In this document: positions 1-11,615 of the stretch, in pieces
Position numbering within the stretch: the stretch's first letter is position 1
How the letters are laid out: each line of letters begins with the position of its first letter
Source of the DNA: Somniosus microcephalus
Lineage: Eukaryota
Direction: 5' to 3'
Assembly (NCBI GenBank): GCA_052327205.1
Contig: CM126203.1
Coordinates: forward strand, 101,246,001-101,310,000
Length of the DNA stretch: 64,000 nt
The notes under the pieces: generated by a model
Database searches by the model: none
What the model was told of the DNA's origin: nothing
The model's input: the letters and a program-made list of their open reading frames with translations, nothing else
Made by a program: the position numbers and the translations under genes

Positions 1-1509
1 ATGTCTGCTGGCAGTGGCTGAGTCCTGCAGATAGCCAGGTTGTGCAGCATACGACAACGAAATGGGAGACTCGCTCAGGCGAGTACTGTAGGGCTCCCCC
101 GGAACGATCCAGACAGCGGAACCGTTGCTTCAGCACGCCGATTGTTTGCTCAATGATGTTCCTGGTTGCTTGATGGCTCTCATTGTATCCCTCTTCAGGG
201 GTGCTGGATGCACGGAGCGGGGTCATCAGCCAGGTGCACAAAGGATAGCCTTTGTCCCCGAGAAGCCATCCTCGTGGGTGAGGCTGGGGCTCGAACGTGT
301 CTGCCACAGAAGTCTGGCGCAGGATGAAGGCATCGTGGCTGCTGCCTGGAAAGTGGGCATTGACAGCTAGGATGAGCTGCCTGTGGTCACACACCAACTG
401 CACTTGGAGCAAATGGTAGCCCTTCCGGTTGCGGTAATCCTCGGCATTCTCTAGAGGTGCCCGCAAAGCCACATGTGTGCAGTCAATGGCGCCCTGCACC
501 ATGGGGAAGCCCGCTAATGCTGCAAAGCCCATTGCACGCTCTTGCTGCTCGTCAACGGTCATGGGGAAGGAGATGAACTGACGTCTCCTTCTGAAAAGGG
601 CATTGGTCACCTGGTGGATGCAGCAATGTACTGCAAACTGGGAGATGTTGGAAATGTCCCCAGTAGCAGATTGGAAGGAGCCGGTGGCATAGAAGTTGAG
701 AGCCACCGTCACCTTCACTGCCACCGACAGAGACGTCCTGCTCCTCAGCTGTGGCTGCAGATCTCCGCAAAGCAGGTGGCAGATCTCAGTGACCACCGCC
801 CTTCTGAATCGCAGCCTCCGAACACACTGCTCCTCAGGCATGTTCAGATATGAGAACTGCTGGCGGTATACCCTGGGTGGGTAAGGCATCTTTTGCCGAC
901 GCCTGTTGGCCCTTCTCCGTCTGGCCATGACTGGCACTCTCTCACAGCGTCTGAGCCCTTTGAATGCAATGGAGAAGCCCAACGTTTCCACCCATTGCAG
1001 CCCCCATTATATGTTTCCAATCAATGCTATGACACTGAAGTTAAAGACAAGTGCAAAGCTGTGGCCTGAAGCCACAAGTACCTGTGCGAGTGTTGAGCCA
1101 AACTAGAAACCTCTCCACCTTTGTCTCTCTCCAAAGATCCATCTCTCACAAAGAAGGAGTGGTGCAAAATGGCTGCCATTTAAACTGCAGGAGGAATCCC
1201 CTTTAATTAGCGCCCCCCGCAGCGACTGGGAACCGTTCCCCTCTACCAGTCGCTAGGGGCGCCAGGCGCACAATAGGCCGGCGCCACTGAATTTCCGGTT
1301 CGGGGCACACAAAGGGCGTTGCACCCTGAAATGACGTCAGGATCTGTGCGCGCAGCTGAGCGCGCGCAAAGGTTTTGCGCCGCCGCTAAATCTTAACTGC
1401 AGTTCGCGAGGCGCAGATCGCACCGCGCCCGGGCGCTAGCCGCTTAGCGCCCCACTTCTCCTCCTCCTAAGACGCTAGTGGCTGCCGCAAACAACTGAAT
1501 TTCTAGGCC
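1..1509 (-). mobile_element. PIF/Harbinger DNA transposon, 5' part (TIR, GC-rich subterminal region, transposase); runs off the window edge
   Basis: Terminus GGCCTAGAAATTCAGTTG on the minus strand at 1509-1492; CpG-rich subterminal region 1190-1490; HARBI1-type transposase ORF downstream. Confidence 0.88.
2..928 (-). pseudogene. Harbinger/HARBI1-like DDE transposase (DDE_Tnp_4), open about 290 codons then a C-terminal frameshift
   Basis: Manual translation from ATG at 928: MARRRRANRRRQKMPYPPRVYRQ...VALNFYATGSFQ...AGFPMVQGAIDCTHVALRAP...YRNRKGYH...VQLVCDH...FPGSSHDAFIL...WLLGDKGYP...RNIIEQTIGVLKQRFRCLDRSGGALQYSPERVSHFVVVCC. The conserved LHNLAI motif continues in a shifted frame near position 45. 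Not in the supplied ORF track, presumably because no stop falls inside the window. Confidence 0.9.
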
Positions 1510-1624
1510 TTGAAGTCAGTTACAGTCCTTTTCTGTTAACCATGTTCTCGATTCTTAGGTCAGCTGCAAATTTTGATATTGTGCCCCCTATACTCAAGTT
1601 CATATCATTTAAGTATATGAGCAA

Positions 1625-1816
1625 TGTAATGTATATACCTTTAAGGGGGGAAACTATGTTTTACAGCTCATGTATACTGCAGTACCGGCAGTGACCACAC
1701 CTGTATATAGCACTGAGTAGTAATCTGTACAGATCAGTTGCAGTGAGCGCCACGTTGAGTAAACACCTGTTGTACCGGTCTCCGCAGTCTGCGTTTTATT
1801 ATACACGGACGCAACA
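1625..1816. mobile_element. Short solo LTR (192 bp) with 5-bp TSD AGCAA
   Basis: TGT...ACA termini; AGCAA at 1620-1624 and 1817-1821; interrupts a CR1 RT motif (PQGSVLGPLL|IYLND); related copy at 55321. Confidence 0.8.
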
Positions 1817-2199
1817 AGCAATGGTCCCAGTACTGACCCCTGGGGGACAACACTGTTTATATCCTTACATTCCAAAAAACATCCATTATTCACAACTCTT
1901 TTCTGACCTTTAAATAAACTTACCATTCCCTTTACTACCATTTACCTTAATTTTTATCGATGTCTCTCCTATACAATACCCTATCAAACAATTTTTTGAA
2001 AATCCATATACACTGCATTTCCTTCATCAATACATTCCATTATTTCCTCAAAGAATTCTATTAAATTTGGCAGATGCAACTTTCCATTTACAAATCCATG
2101 GTGAGTATCCTTAATAAAGCTGTGTTTCTCGTTGAGTATTAATTATATCCCATATTATGGCCTCTAGAAGTTCATCCACTACCAATGTTAGGCTGACTG

Positions 2200-2562
2200 G
2201 TCCCTTCCACCACTGCTGCACCGTGGCTGCAACATGTACAATCTACAGGATACACTACAGCAACCAGCAAGGTTACTTTGACAGCATCTCCCTCCCCCGC
2301 AACCTTTACCACCAAGAAGAACAAGAGCAGCCATGTTGTGAGAACACCATCGCCTCCAAATCACACACCATCCTGACTTGGACATATATCGCCATTCTTT
2401 CATTATCGTTGGGTCATAAATCCTGCAGTTCCCTACCAAACACCATCACCACAAGAAATACAGCGGCTCAAGGAGAAGGACCAACACCACACCCTCTCAG
2501 GCAACCTGGGATGGGCAATAAATGTGGCCTTGCCAGAGTCGCCCACGTCCCAAGAATAAACA
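2200..2562 (+). mobile_element. LINE (CR1-group) 3' end nested in the older CR1 fragment
   Basis: HH..TVAA.CTIYR.H C-terminal remnant followed by a 3' tail GGGATGGGCAATAAATGTGGCCTTGCCAG...GCCCACGTCCC; host CR1 resumes on both sides. Confidence 0.6.
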
Positions 2563-4337
2563 AGTTACCCGATTTATCACTTTCTCTCTTTTTGAACAAA
2601 GGTTTACATTTGTAGCCCTCTTCTGGCACAACTTCCAAATGTAAGGATGTCTCAAAGGCTATGGTCGAGCCTCTGCTATTTTCTCAATTACTTCCTCGGT
2701 GTTCCAGGATACATGGCATCAGGGCCCAGTGCCTTTCCCACTCGGAGTTGCACCAAAACATTCTAATTTTCCCTGCTACAAATATAGTTTAATTTAATCA
2801 CCCAAAAAGCAGCGTTGGTTGCAATCATGGAAGTTCCATGGTTAAAGGAGTTTACTGGAGGCAAGCAGGCTCATAATGATGGGTATAGATTGGAAGAAAA
2901 TTTTAAAAAAATATATACTGCTTACGTGGGCTTTGTATCTTCACCGATGAATCTGGGTCAGGATGCTGCTTATGCACAACTTGAGTGCAAATCTGCTCAG
3001 TCAAGAGCTTAAAAAAAATCAAAGTTTAGGTATAAACAAATTGTATGCGAAACAATGTCACTTCCAATGCGCTTATTTTCCATTTTTGGATTTTGCAGTC
3101 CAGAGAAAATTTCCAAACTGAAGCATCTCATAAAATGGAATCCTTGAAAATAAGCCAGTTTTATTATCCTATATCAGGAATGCAACATCAAGGTTTACAA
3201 TACTCACAAAAAGATACAATGGACAATGTAGAATAAGTAGTTGGCAGTGAGTTGCATGTCAGTAGATTAAGGAATTCAGATATCATACCATGAATAATGC
3301 TCAGGCACCATATTTGAACATCAACTTCACGCCAAAACTTATTTATAGTCAAACTCACCCCAACAATGTTATTCTGCTAGTTTGTACCGATATAAACAAA
3401 GTAGTACAACATGTTGAAGCTCCTACTCTAGCAAATTGACAGAATGTAGATCTACACCTGCAACTGAACTAAGCATGCTTAGTACAGGCCTGGTATTTCC
3501 TCACATGCAAGTATGAAAGAAAGCTAATGCTGTGAAAAAAGAGTTGCAGAGTGGTGGCACGTCAACAGGTTATGCCACAGAGAGAAGTAAGATGTGGGTC
3601 TGTACTTGTAATTTCCTCACTTGCTAAGTTTTCAATTTTAGCTATGCTACCATAGAAAGTACCAAGCAAAGATCAGGAACATCGAGAAGATGCTATAAAA
3701 TTAGGAGGGTCACTCCCAAACCACCTTCATACATTTTTACAGAGCAATATTAACTAACGCCTGGAAGCTCATCTCCTGTTCCTGACCATGGTGTGAGTTA
3801 GTGAAATAAGGAGAGAAAAAGTGCGTTGCAAAAGAAGCTATAGAAATGTGAAAAGTAAAAGCATTCAATGCTAACTCAATAATCCAGACTATTCATAGAC
3901 GAATCTAAAACATCACGTGGCCAATACTGCAATTCATGCAAATTAGCTAAAAGACCAAAAGAAACACTCTAAGCTGTAGCTTCAACTGCAAGAAAACAGA
4001 ACTTAACTGTACTCCAAGTTCCTTATCCAAGGTCTCCGCATACCGAAGACTCTGATTGGTCACAGATTATGACTCCATGCACAGGTCACATCATGACATT
4101 TGTCTGGTTCTCTAAATGTTTCAACCTCAATATCTAATGATGTGCCACTTCTCCAGATGCAACTTTAATAGCCATACCAACTGTAAACGTGTGCACACTT
4201 TACGGAGTCGCATCCTACGACTTACGTTCTAAAAAAGTGAAGGACTTGGCATAATCATTATCAGTAGCTTTCAGCTCTGTTCTCTTGCTTTTGAAACTCC
4301 AGCCTGGAGCATTCTTTCAAGTGTTCTGTGCATACTA

Positions 4338-4680
4338 CAGGAAACTTTCAATTAACCGGCCCCTAAATAACCGGAAGGCTCTATCCACCGGCAAAATTCA
4401 GGGTCGGTTCATGTAACTTTTTTTTTATTTTTTACTTTGTTACTTTTTTTTTTTTTTTTTTAATTGATTTGTTGCTGTGCAAGGGTGTAGCTGAAGCTGT
4501 TGCTAAGCTACAGAGGCGCTTGCAACTTGTGCTGATTGTTTTCAAGCAAGCAACAGGGTTTGTTGCTTTATACGGAGCGCTGAGCTCCGTATCTTTTACT
4601 ATAGCGTTCGGTTATCTGGAATTGTTGATGAACCGGCAACACGTCGGTCCTGTCTGTGCCGGATACCAGAAAGTTTCCTG
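4338..4680. mobile_element. Tc1/mariner (Tigger/pogo-like) MITE, copy 1
   Basis: TA|CAGGAAACT...AGTTTCCTG|TA terminal inverted repeats with TA duplication. Confidence 0.85.
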
Positions 4681-5517
4681 TAAATTCAGATTAGTCATGT
4701 TAGATGAGTGCTTTAAACTTGGGAAAATAAACACAGCAAACTAGATTATGATATAATATCCTACAACAGGTACATTTTACTTAAAAAATAAATCTTAGCT
4801 GGCCAATAACAAACAAAAATCTCAGTCTGAAATGAAAGGTTATAATTGAATTAGATGGGTGTGATCTATGTGAGATTGTGTGATGTGACTAAACAAAGAT
4901 GCATGTGTTCAGATAAATAAATGCATTCTTGATTAAATTACATGGGGGGTGGGGGGGGGGGGGGGGGGGGGGAAGCTTCCCCAGGAATAAATTTGAGATG
5001 TAAACACTGGACTATGACTCATCACTCTGGAGTAAAAAAAGAAAAATTAATTTCAATTATTGTGCTAATTTCCCTCATACACTTATTTCCCCCACCTTTA
5101 ACACCATTACTGCCACTCCTCAGGTAATTCAAAAGAAAGCATTCTTCAGTAGTGCAGGATGGAAGCACTTCCCAGAGTCCAATGCCAGCTGTGTAACCTC
5201 CAGGCCACCCAACCTCAATTTATGAAGGGCAATCATGTAGCTGTGTTATTTCTTATATTACATGATGACTATTTGCAGAAAACCATAATCCAGCTGAATA
5301 AATCTGGATAATATGTAATACATAACTCATCTGTTACAACTGCATTCAACACAATGCATCTGTTTAACTGCAAAATCTGATTTTGTTTATGTTAGGTGAA
5401 ACATTATGGCAAAAATAGTTAAAATGAAATTAGATATGTTGAAAACAAACTCAAATCTACTCAGATAGCGTTTCTACATCATTTAAACAAGCATTACTTT
5501 GATTGCTTGACCCTTAC

Positions 5518-5626
5518 CTCAAATAAGACATTGTATGTAGTCATGGTAATTAGGTTGGTGTGCAACATCAACCTTTCTGCCAACAAGGAGAACAAACCAT
5601 GTCCAAGCATGACTTCAGCCTTACGC
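5518..5626 (-). CDS. LRBA: LRBA coding exon (109 nt; ~human exon 19)
   Basis: (K)RKAEVMLGHGLFSLLAERLMLHTNLITMTTYNVLFE; TTATAG| acceptor, GAG|GTAAGG donor. Confidence 0.96.
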
Positions 5627-5909
5627 CTATAACAGAAAGCAGTACACTTAAAAGCCAAAAATTTTCAGTTTGAATACTAATCTCAGACCAGTGCACAAGG
5701 ACAGCTATATAAATGCCTATGACTAAAGGATTTTGATGAAATAACTGAATATTGGACTAATTTATTTCATTATGCTCGTTTTAAACAATCAGACTGACCC
5801 AGATTGACAAACATACAATTAATGTTGCATGCTATAAAAGGTATACCAGACAGCATTTCTAGCCATTTAATTGAGGAAATAGATTAAATAAAAGTTTACT
5901 TGTACGTAC

Positions 5910-6002
5910 TTTGGAGCAAGATGTTTCAGAAAGTATCCCATCACTTTTAAAGCTTGCACTCTTATCCCTTCATTTTTTGAAGCCAGCAGTTTATAGATGA
6001 TC
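5910..6002 (-). CDS. LRBA: LRBA coding exon (93 nt)
   Basis: (R)IIYKLLASKNEGIRVQALKVMGYFLKHLAP(K); TACAG| acceptor, AA|GTACGT donor. Confidence 0.96.
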
Positions 6003-6235
6003 CTGTAAGAACACCACATTAAACTCAAACAGTCGCAAATTAATGGAAATAGGTGTGTTAAGATTCCAGTCTGCTCTGGACAACCAGATACCAACACTGC
6101 AAGAATCAAGCAAGAAATCATAGTTCAAAAATGTCTCAGTCTTTCAAGTAAAATGCTGTCAGCATCAGCTGTATTGACTAAAGGTAAGGAAAGAGTGACC
6201 AAGGGTGAGTGAGAACCAGCAACACAAAAAAGTAA

Positions 6236-6700
6236 CTACTTACATTTATAGTGCCTTTAATATAGTAAAATGTCCCAATACGCTTCACAGGAGCGTTATC
6301 AAACAAAATTTGGCACAAGCCACATATGGAGATAGGACAGCTTGGTCAAACAGGTAGGCTTTAAAGGAGCATCTTAAAGGAGAGAGAGGTAGAGAGGCTT
6401 AGGGAGGGAATTCCAGAGCCTAGGACCCAGGCAGCTGAAGGCACAGTGGGTAATGGTGGAGTGATTAAAATCAGAGAAGCACAAGAGGCCAGAATTGGAG
6501 GAGCGCAGAGATCTGAGGGTTATAGGGCTAGAGGAGGTTAGAGATGGGGAGGGGCAAAGTCGGGGAAGGATTTGAAAACAAGGATGCCAGACCGGAAGCC
6601 AATGCAGGCCAGTGACCACTGGGGTGATGAGTGAACAGGACTTGGTGCAAATAAGGATACTGGCAGCAAAGTTTGGATGAGTCCAAGTTTATGGTGCACT
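6236..6700 (-). mobile_element. L2 LINE 3' fragment
   Basis: AFSCLGPRLWNSLP C-terminal motif and L2 3' tail; homologous to 62486-62790. Confidence 0.75.
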
Positions 6701-6930
6701 CTCGCCTCAGAGTTATTTGGTGGTGGGTTCAAGCTCCACTCCAGAGATTTGAGCAGATCTCGGCCAACACTTCAGTGCAGTACTAAGGGAATTCTGCAAT
6801 GTTGGAGGTACCATATTTTGGATCAGATGTTGAACCAACATCTCATCTGCCCTCAAATGATGTAAAAGACTTCATGGGATGAAAGAAGTACAGGGAGTTC
6901 TTCTCATGTCCTGGTCAAAATTTATCATGT
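6694..6930 (+). mobile_element. DeuSINE (SacSINE1-like) 5' fragment
   Basis: tRNA-like B box GGGTTCAAGCTCC; similar to the copy at 23432. Confidence 0.65.
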
Positions 6931-7486
6931 TCAAGTATCAACTAATGAATTAACATATGAGTGAGTTGAAACAATACAGTCTAAACACCAAACTTAAACA
7001 AACCTTAAGTCCTTATCATGCTCTCTCATATTCAGGCACAAACAAGCCCTGGGGCAGGCAAAAAGCCTACTCATCTAACATCAGCCCTTACCATTTTGAT
7101 GGTTTTAAGTGTCAAAGATTTATTGATTTGGTCATGCCTTAACATTTTTGTCATTTGTCACTTAAAAGACCAATTTTTGAGACGTTTTCAGACATCTAAA
7201 ATAGCATTGGGTGCCAAAATGAAGAAAACTTCCCAAAATGTACATCAGGTACTTTAGAACTTTGTGCTCAACTCCAAAACCAACTCAAATGGTTGGAGAG
7301 CAAAGGGTAAAACAATCTGATAAGACATCGATTACAGTTATACAAGGGTAATATTATAAACAATCTACTCCATTTTATACAATTATATACATAAATTATA
7401 TTTCAAACTTCTAATTTCAATAAGCTGCAACATTCCAGCATCTTTAATTTACTTGACAACATTTAAGATCATGTCTAATCTTTTAC

Positions 7487-7584
7487 CGCATTCCATTCCT
7501 CTGATCAAAAGCAGGAATCATGGAGCCTGGGTGCTCAGCCATCAGAGCTACAAGCAGCTGCAGAACGTCCATTAGATTGTCATC
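7487..7584 (-). CDS. LRBA: LRBA coding exon (98 nt)
   Basis: [32 protein letters not shown](R); TTTCAG| acceptor, CG|GTAAAA donor. Confidence 0.96.
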
Positions 7585-8880
7585 CTGAAATAAAAGACAA
7601 ATCTTTAAATAGGTTATCAGAAGAGTGACAGAAATTAACAATGAAATACTTCAGCCAGAAGTATCCTCTTCCGTAAAAGAAAATTTAAAGGCCATATTTT
7701 AGAAAATATAAAATTACATTTTATATTATACGCGTGCATAGGCAGAATTATTTTTCCTTCCGTAACTTGTAACAAATCTTTTTCTAACTAAAGTATCCAA
7801 AAAAATTGATCACAGGTTATTAGTAAAATAAACTTAAAACAAGATCATTAAGGACTTTACTACCTGTACAAAGCCAATACTAAATTTGAACCCATTTGTA
7901 AAAAATTAGCTGTCCAAACCCTATTAAAAAGGAAAATTCCTTGAAAATATTAGGTAAAATAATTTCAAATATTCTTAATCACATTTTCATAAGCTATTTT
8001 AATATAACGTATGAAAATAATTTCAGTCAACTTGACAATTTAGGAAAACAACAAATCCGATTCCATAGATGAGATGAACGCCTGAAGCAAACATGGTAAC
8101 CAATTCACTGGGCTTTACCCATTCATTTACTGAAGTAACAACTTAAATTCACCACTATAAGACTAGTTCAGTACTAAAAATAGCTAGTGTTTAATTTTCT
8201 TCAAATTCTGACAAGAGTGGAGCATTAAAATTGTGTAATTTAAATTATTTAAAAAATCAAGAATCATACACCAACATTCAAGCTCATGCAAGCTGCTATT
8301 TTGTACTTCGTGATGCATGCTGCTACAACACTGGCTTCCTCCAGTCCACACCCTCTTGAACTATTCAAAATAGACAAATGTTCATAATCTGATGGACAAA
8401 CAATGGAAGACTGCTACGCTTTATATTTTAATTTTTAAAAACTCCACACAATGTATGATTACACAAATAATGGAGAAATCTGGGGTACAACGTTCCCAGG
8501 CATCTGGAAATGGCCCTTATTAATCAATCATTAATGTTTTACAGAATGAGCTTTGTGAAGATTTACAGTTTATCACTACAAATAATGAATCTTGAACCTT
8601 GTAAAAATTAGTTATGAATTAAAGTGAAGAATAGCAATACTCATTCTTCACAATTATTTAAAATCAACACATTCACCAGCTGTTCAGTTGAGCAAAATGA
8701 TACAAGCTGCTATTGTACTGTCACTTCATTTACCAGGATTTTGTAATATTTCTATAGCATTAATAACTTAGGAATATGATGCAATACTTCTAAAATTAAC
8801 ATATACCAATCACAGTTTAAAGGCCATTTTACACTTTTTATTTTCAAACTGAAGCCTGTAGTCCTTTGTAAAATTAAATA

Positions 8881-9194
8881 CAGGAAACTCTCTGGTATCT
8901 GGCACCGACGGGACAGGCGTGTTGCCGGTTGATTAAAAATTCCGGATGACGGAGAGGGTTATCTACCGAGGCTATTTTTAACAAACAAAGAGTCAGACTC
9001 CTGTTATTGAGGTGTTCAGACTTCTGACAGTGCCAAGAAGCCGACTAGTGGCAGTTTGGATAACTACCCACACTGACAAACTCGGCCACCACGGGAGACT
9101 CAGACTCGGCAACATTTCCGGTTATTGAGGTGTTTTCGGAGTATGAATTTTGCTGGTTAATAGAGATGGTGCCGTTTAAAACGAGAGTTTCCTG
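8881..9194. mobile_element. Tigger-like MITE, copy 2 (inverted relative to copy 1)
   Basis: TA|CAGGAAACTC...GAGTTTCCTG|TA; its first 69 bp match the reverse complement of the end of copy 1 at 58/69. Confidence 0.85.
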
Positions 9195-9730
9195 TAGCTC
9201 CTTTAATCAGTCATTTTCTCATCTTCCTTATTAAGAATTCTAGCTAGACTGCCATCTTGTGGCAATACCTCAACTACTTTTAAAACAAATAAATCTGTAT
9301 AACTCTTCCACATCAAGACATCTAATGATTAAGTTTCCTTTTCATTGATGACTTCAGATTCTTTAAGCTTATTTTTAATTAAAAACAAATACAAGGTAAT
9401 AGGTTACAACAAATTATATTAACATTTCAGATATATGAAGACACTGCACCATGTCTAACAGAGATTCTACACATCTAAGTGAAATGATTAGCATAGTGGT
9501 ATGTCAAATGATGCAGATTAGATTGCTTATGAACAAAATGTTGTGCTTAATAATGGTCAGTCTTACCAGTGAAGTTATCTATATTCACTACTAGCCATGA
9601 TACTGTTAATAACACTTGTGTACTATGATTATTTTCAATCCAAACAGGAAAAAAAAGAAGAAAAGTCTGGAGATACCACTATGACTGTGATGAGAGCCAG
9701 TGAAGCCAGGATTTCTATTGATATTGTGCT

Positions 9731-9883
9731 NNNNNNNNNNNNNNNNNNNNNNNNNNNNNNNNNNNNNNNNNNNNNNNNNNNNNNNNNNNNNNNNNNNNNN
9801 NNNNNNNNNNNNNNNNNNNNNNNNNNNNNNNNNNNNNNNNNNNNNNNNNNNNNNNNNNNNNNNNNNNNNNNNNNNNNNNNNNN
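9731..9883. other. Assembly gap (153 N)
   Basis: Run of N. Confidence 0.99.
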
Positions 9884-10099
9884 TTAGCTTGGAGAGAGGG
9901 GGGGGGATGGAGCGCCTCAGGCCTGGCCCGATGGACCCCTGCGAAGGAAGGAAGGAAGGCGGCGAGCTCTCCCTCCCCCTCCCCCTCTCTCCCGTCTCTC
10001 CCCTCCACCCCCGCTCTCTCTCCTCCCCCTGCTTTCCTCTCCCTGCTTTCCTCTCTGTCCCTCCCTCCCCTCTCCCTCCCTAGCGCCTCATGCCCGGAC

Positions 10100-11615
10100 A
10101 CGGAGCCGAGCCCCGGGACCAGGCCGAGGGGGGGGGGGGAAGGCAGAGTCCCCGGCCCGCGGCTGCAAATGGAGCCATGCCCCGGGACCGGGCCGAGGGG
10201 GGGAAAGCCCGAGTCCCCGGCCGCAAATGGAGCCGAGCCCCGGGACCGGGCCGAGAGGGGGGGAAAGCCCGAGTCCCCGGCCGCAAATGGAGCCGAGCCC
10301 CGGGACCGGGCCGAGAGGGGGGGGAAAAGCCCGAGTCCCCGGCCGAGGGGGGGGAAAGCCCGAGTCCCCGGCCGAGGGGGGGGGAAAGCCCGAGTCCCCG
10401 GCCGAGGGGGGGGGGAAAGCCCGAGTCCCCGGCCGAGGGGGGGGGAAAGCCCGAGTCCCCGGCCGAGGGGGGGGAAAGCCCGAGTCCCCGGCCGAGGGGG
10501 GGGGAAAGCCCGAGTCCCCGGCCGAGGGGGGGGAAAGCCCGAGTCCCCGGCCGAGGGGGGGGAAAAGCCCGAGTCCCCGGCCGAGGGGGGGGAAAGCCCG
10601 AGTCCCCGGCCGAGGGGGGGGGGGAAAGCCCGAGTCCCCGGCCGAGGGGGGGGAAAGCCCGAGTCCCCGGCCGAGGGGGGGGAAAGCCCGAGTCCCCGGC
10701 CGAGGGGGGGGAAAGCCCGAGTCCCCGGCCGAGGGGGGGGAAAGCCCGAGTCCCCGGCCGAGGGGGGGGAAAGCCCGAGTCCCCGGCCGAGGGGGGGGGA
10801 AAGCCCGAGTCCCCGGCCGAGGGGGGGGAAAGCCCGAGTCCCCGGCCGAGGGGGGGGAAAGCCCGAGTCCCCGGCCGAGGGGGGGGAAAGCCCGAGTCCC
10901 CGGCCGAGGGGGGGGGAAAGCCCGAGTCCCCGGCCGAGGGGGGGGGAAAGCCCGAGTCCCCGGCCGAGGGGGGGGGAAAGCCCGAGTCCCCGGCCGAGGG
11001 GGGGGAAAGCCCGAGTCCCCGGCCGAGGGGGGGGGGAAAGCCCGAGTCCCCGGCCGAGGGGGGGGAAAGCCCGAGTCCCCGGCCGAGGGGGGGGAAAGCC
11101 CGAGTCCCCGGCCGAGGGGGGGGGAAAGCCCGAGTCCCCGGCCGAGGGGGGGGGAAAGCCCGAGTCCCCGGCCGAGGGGGGGGAAAGCCCGAGTCCCCGG
11201 CCGAGGGGGGGGAAAGCCCGAGTCCCCGGCCGAGGGGGGGGAAAGCCCGAGTCCCCGGCCGAGGGGGGGGAAAGCCCGAGTCCCCGGCCGAGGGGGGGGA
11301 AAGCCCGAGTCCCCGGCCGAGGGGGGGGAAAGCCCGAGTCCCCGGCCGAGGGGGGGGGGGGAAAGCCCGAGTCCCCGGCCGAGGGGGGGGGGGAAAGCCC
11401 GAGTCCCCGGCCGAGGGGGGGGGAAAGCCCGAGTCCCCGGCCGAGGGGGGGGAAAGCCCGAGTCCCCGGCCGAGGGGGGGAAAGCCCGAGTCCCCAGCCG
11501 AGGGGGGGAAAGCCAGAGTCCCCGGCCGAGGGGGGGAGAAAGCCCGAGTCCCCGGCCGAGGGGGGGAAAGCCCGAGTCCCCGGCCGAGGGGGGGAAAGCC
11601 AGAGTCCCCGGCTGG
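10100..11615. repeat. GC-rich minisatellite, unit GGCCGA(G7-12)AAAGCCCGAGTCCCC (~29-30 bp, roughly 45-50 copies), with ~60-bp variant units at its left end
   Basis: Read directly from the sequence; it explains the six long low-complexity ORFs. Confidence 0.97.

Larger units (their letters stand above)
1530..2770 (-). mobile_element. Degenerate CR1 LINE ORF2 fragment with nested insertions
   Basis: RT remnants: VVPQGSVLGPLL and a VYMDFQK-like motif; split by the solo LTR and by a plus-strand LINE 3' end. Confidence 0.75.

Noticed and set aside
125-1106. Short ORFs listed in the track at the window start
   Set aside because: They are off-frame or antisense shadows of the minus-strand Harbinger transposase.
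10100-11615. CRISPR-like ~30-bp periodic array
   Set aside because: Units are directly tandem with no unique spacers, there are no cas genes, and the context is a vertebrate intron.
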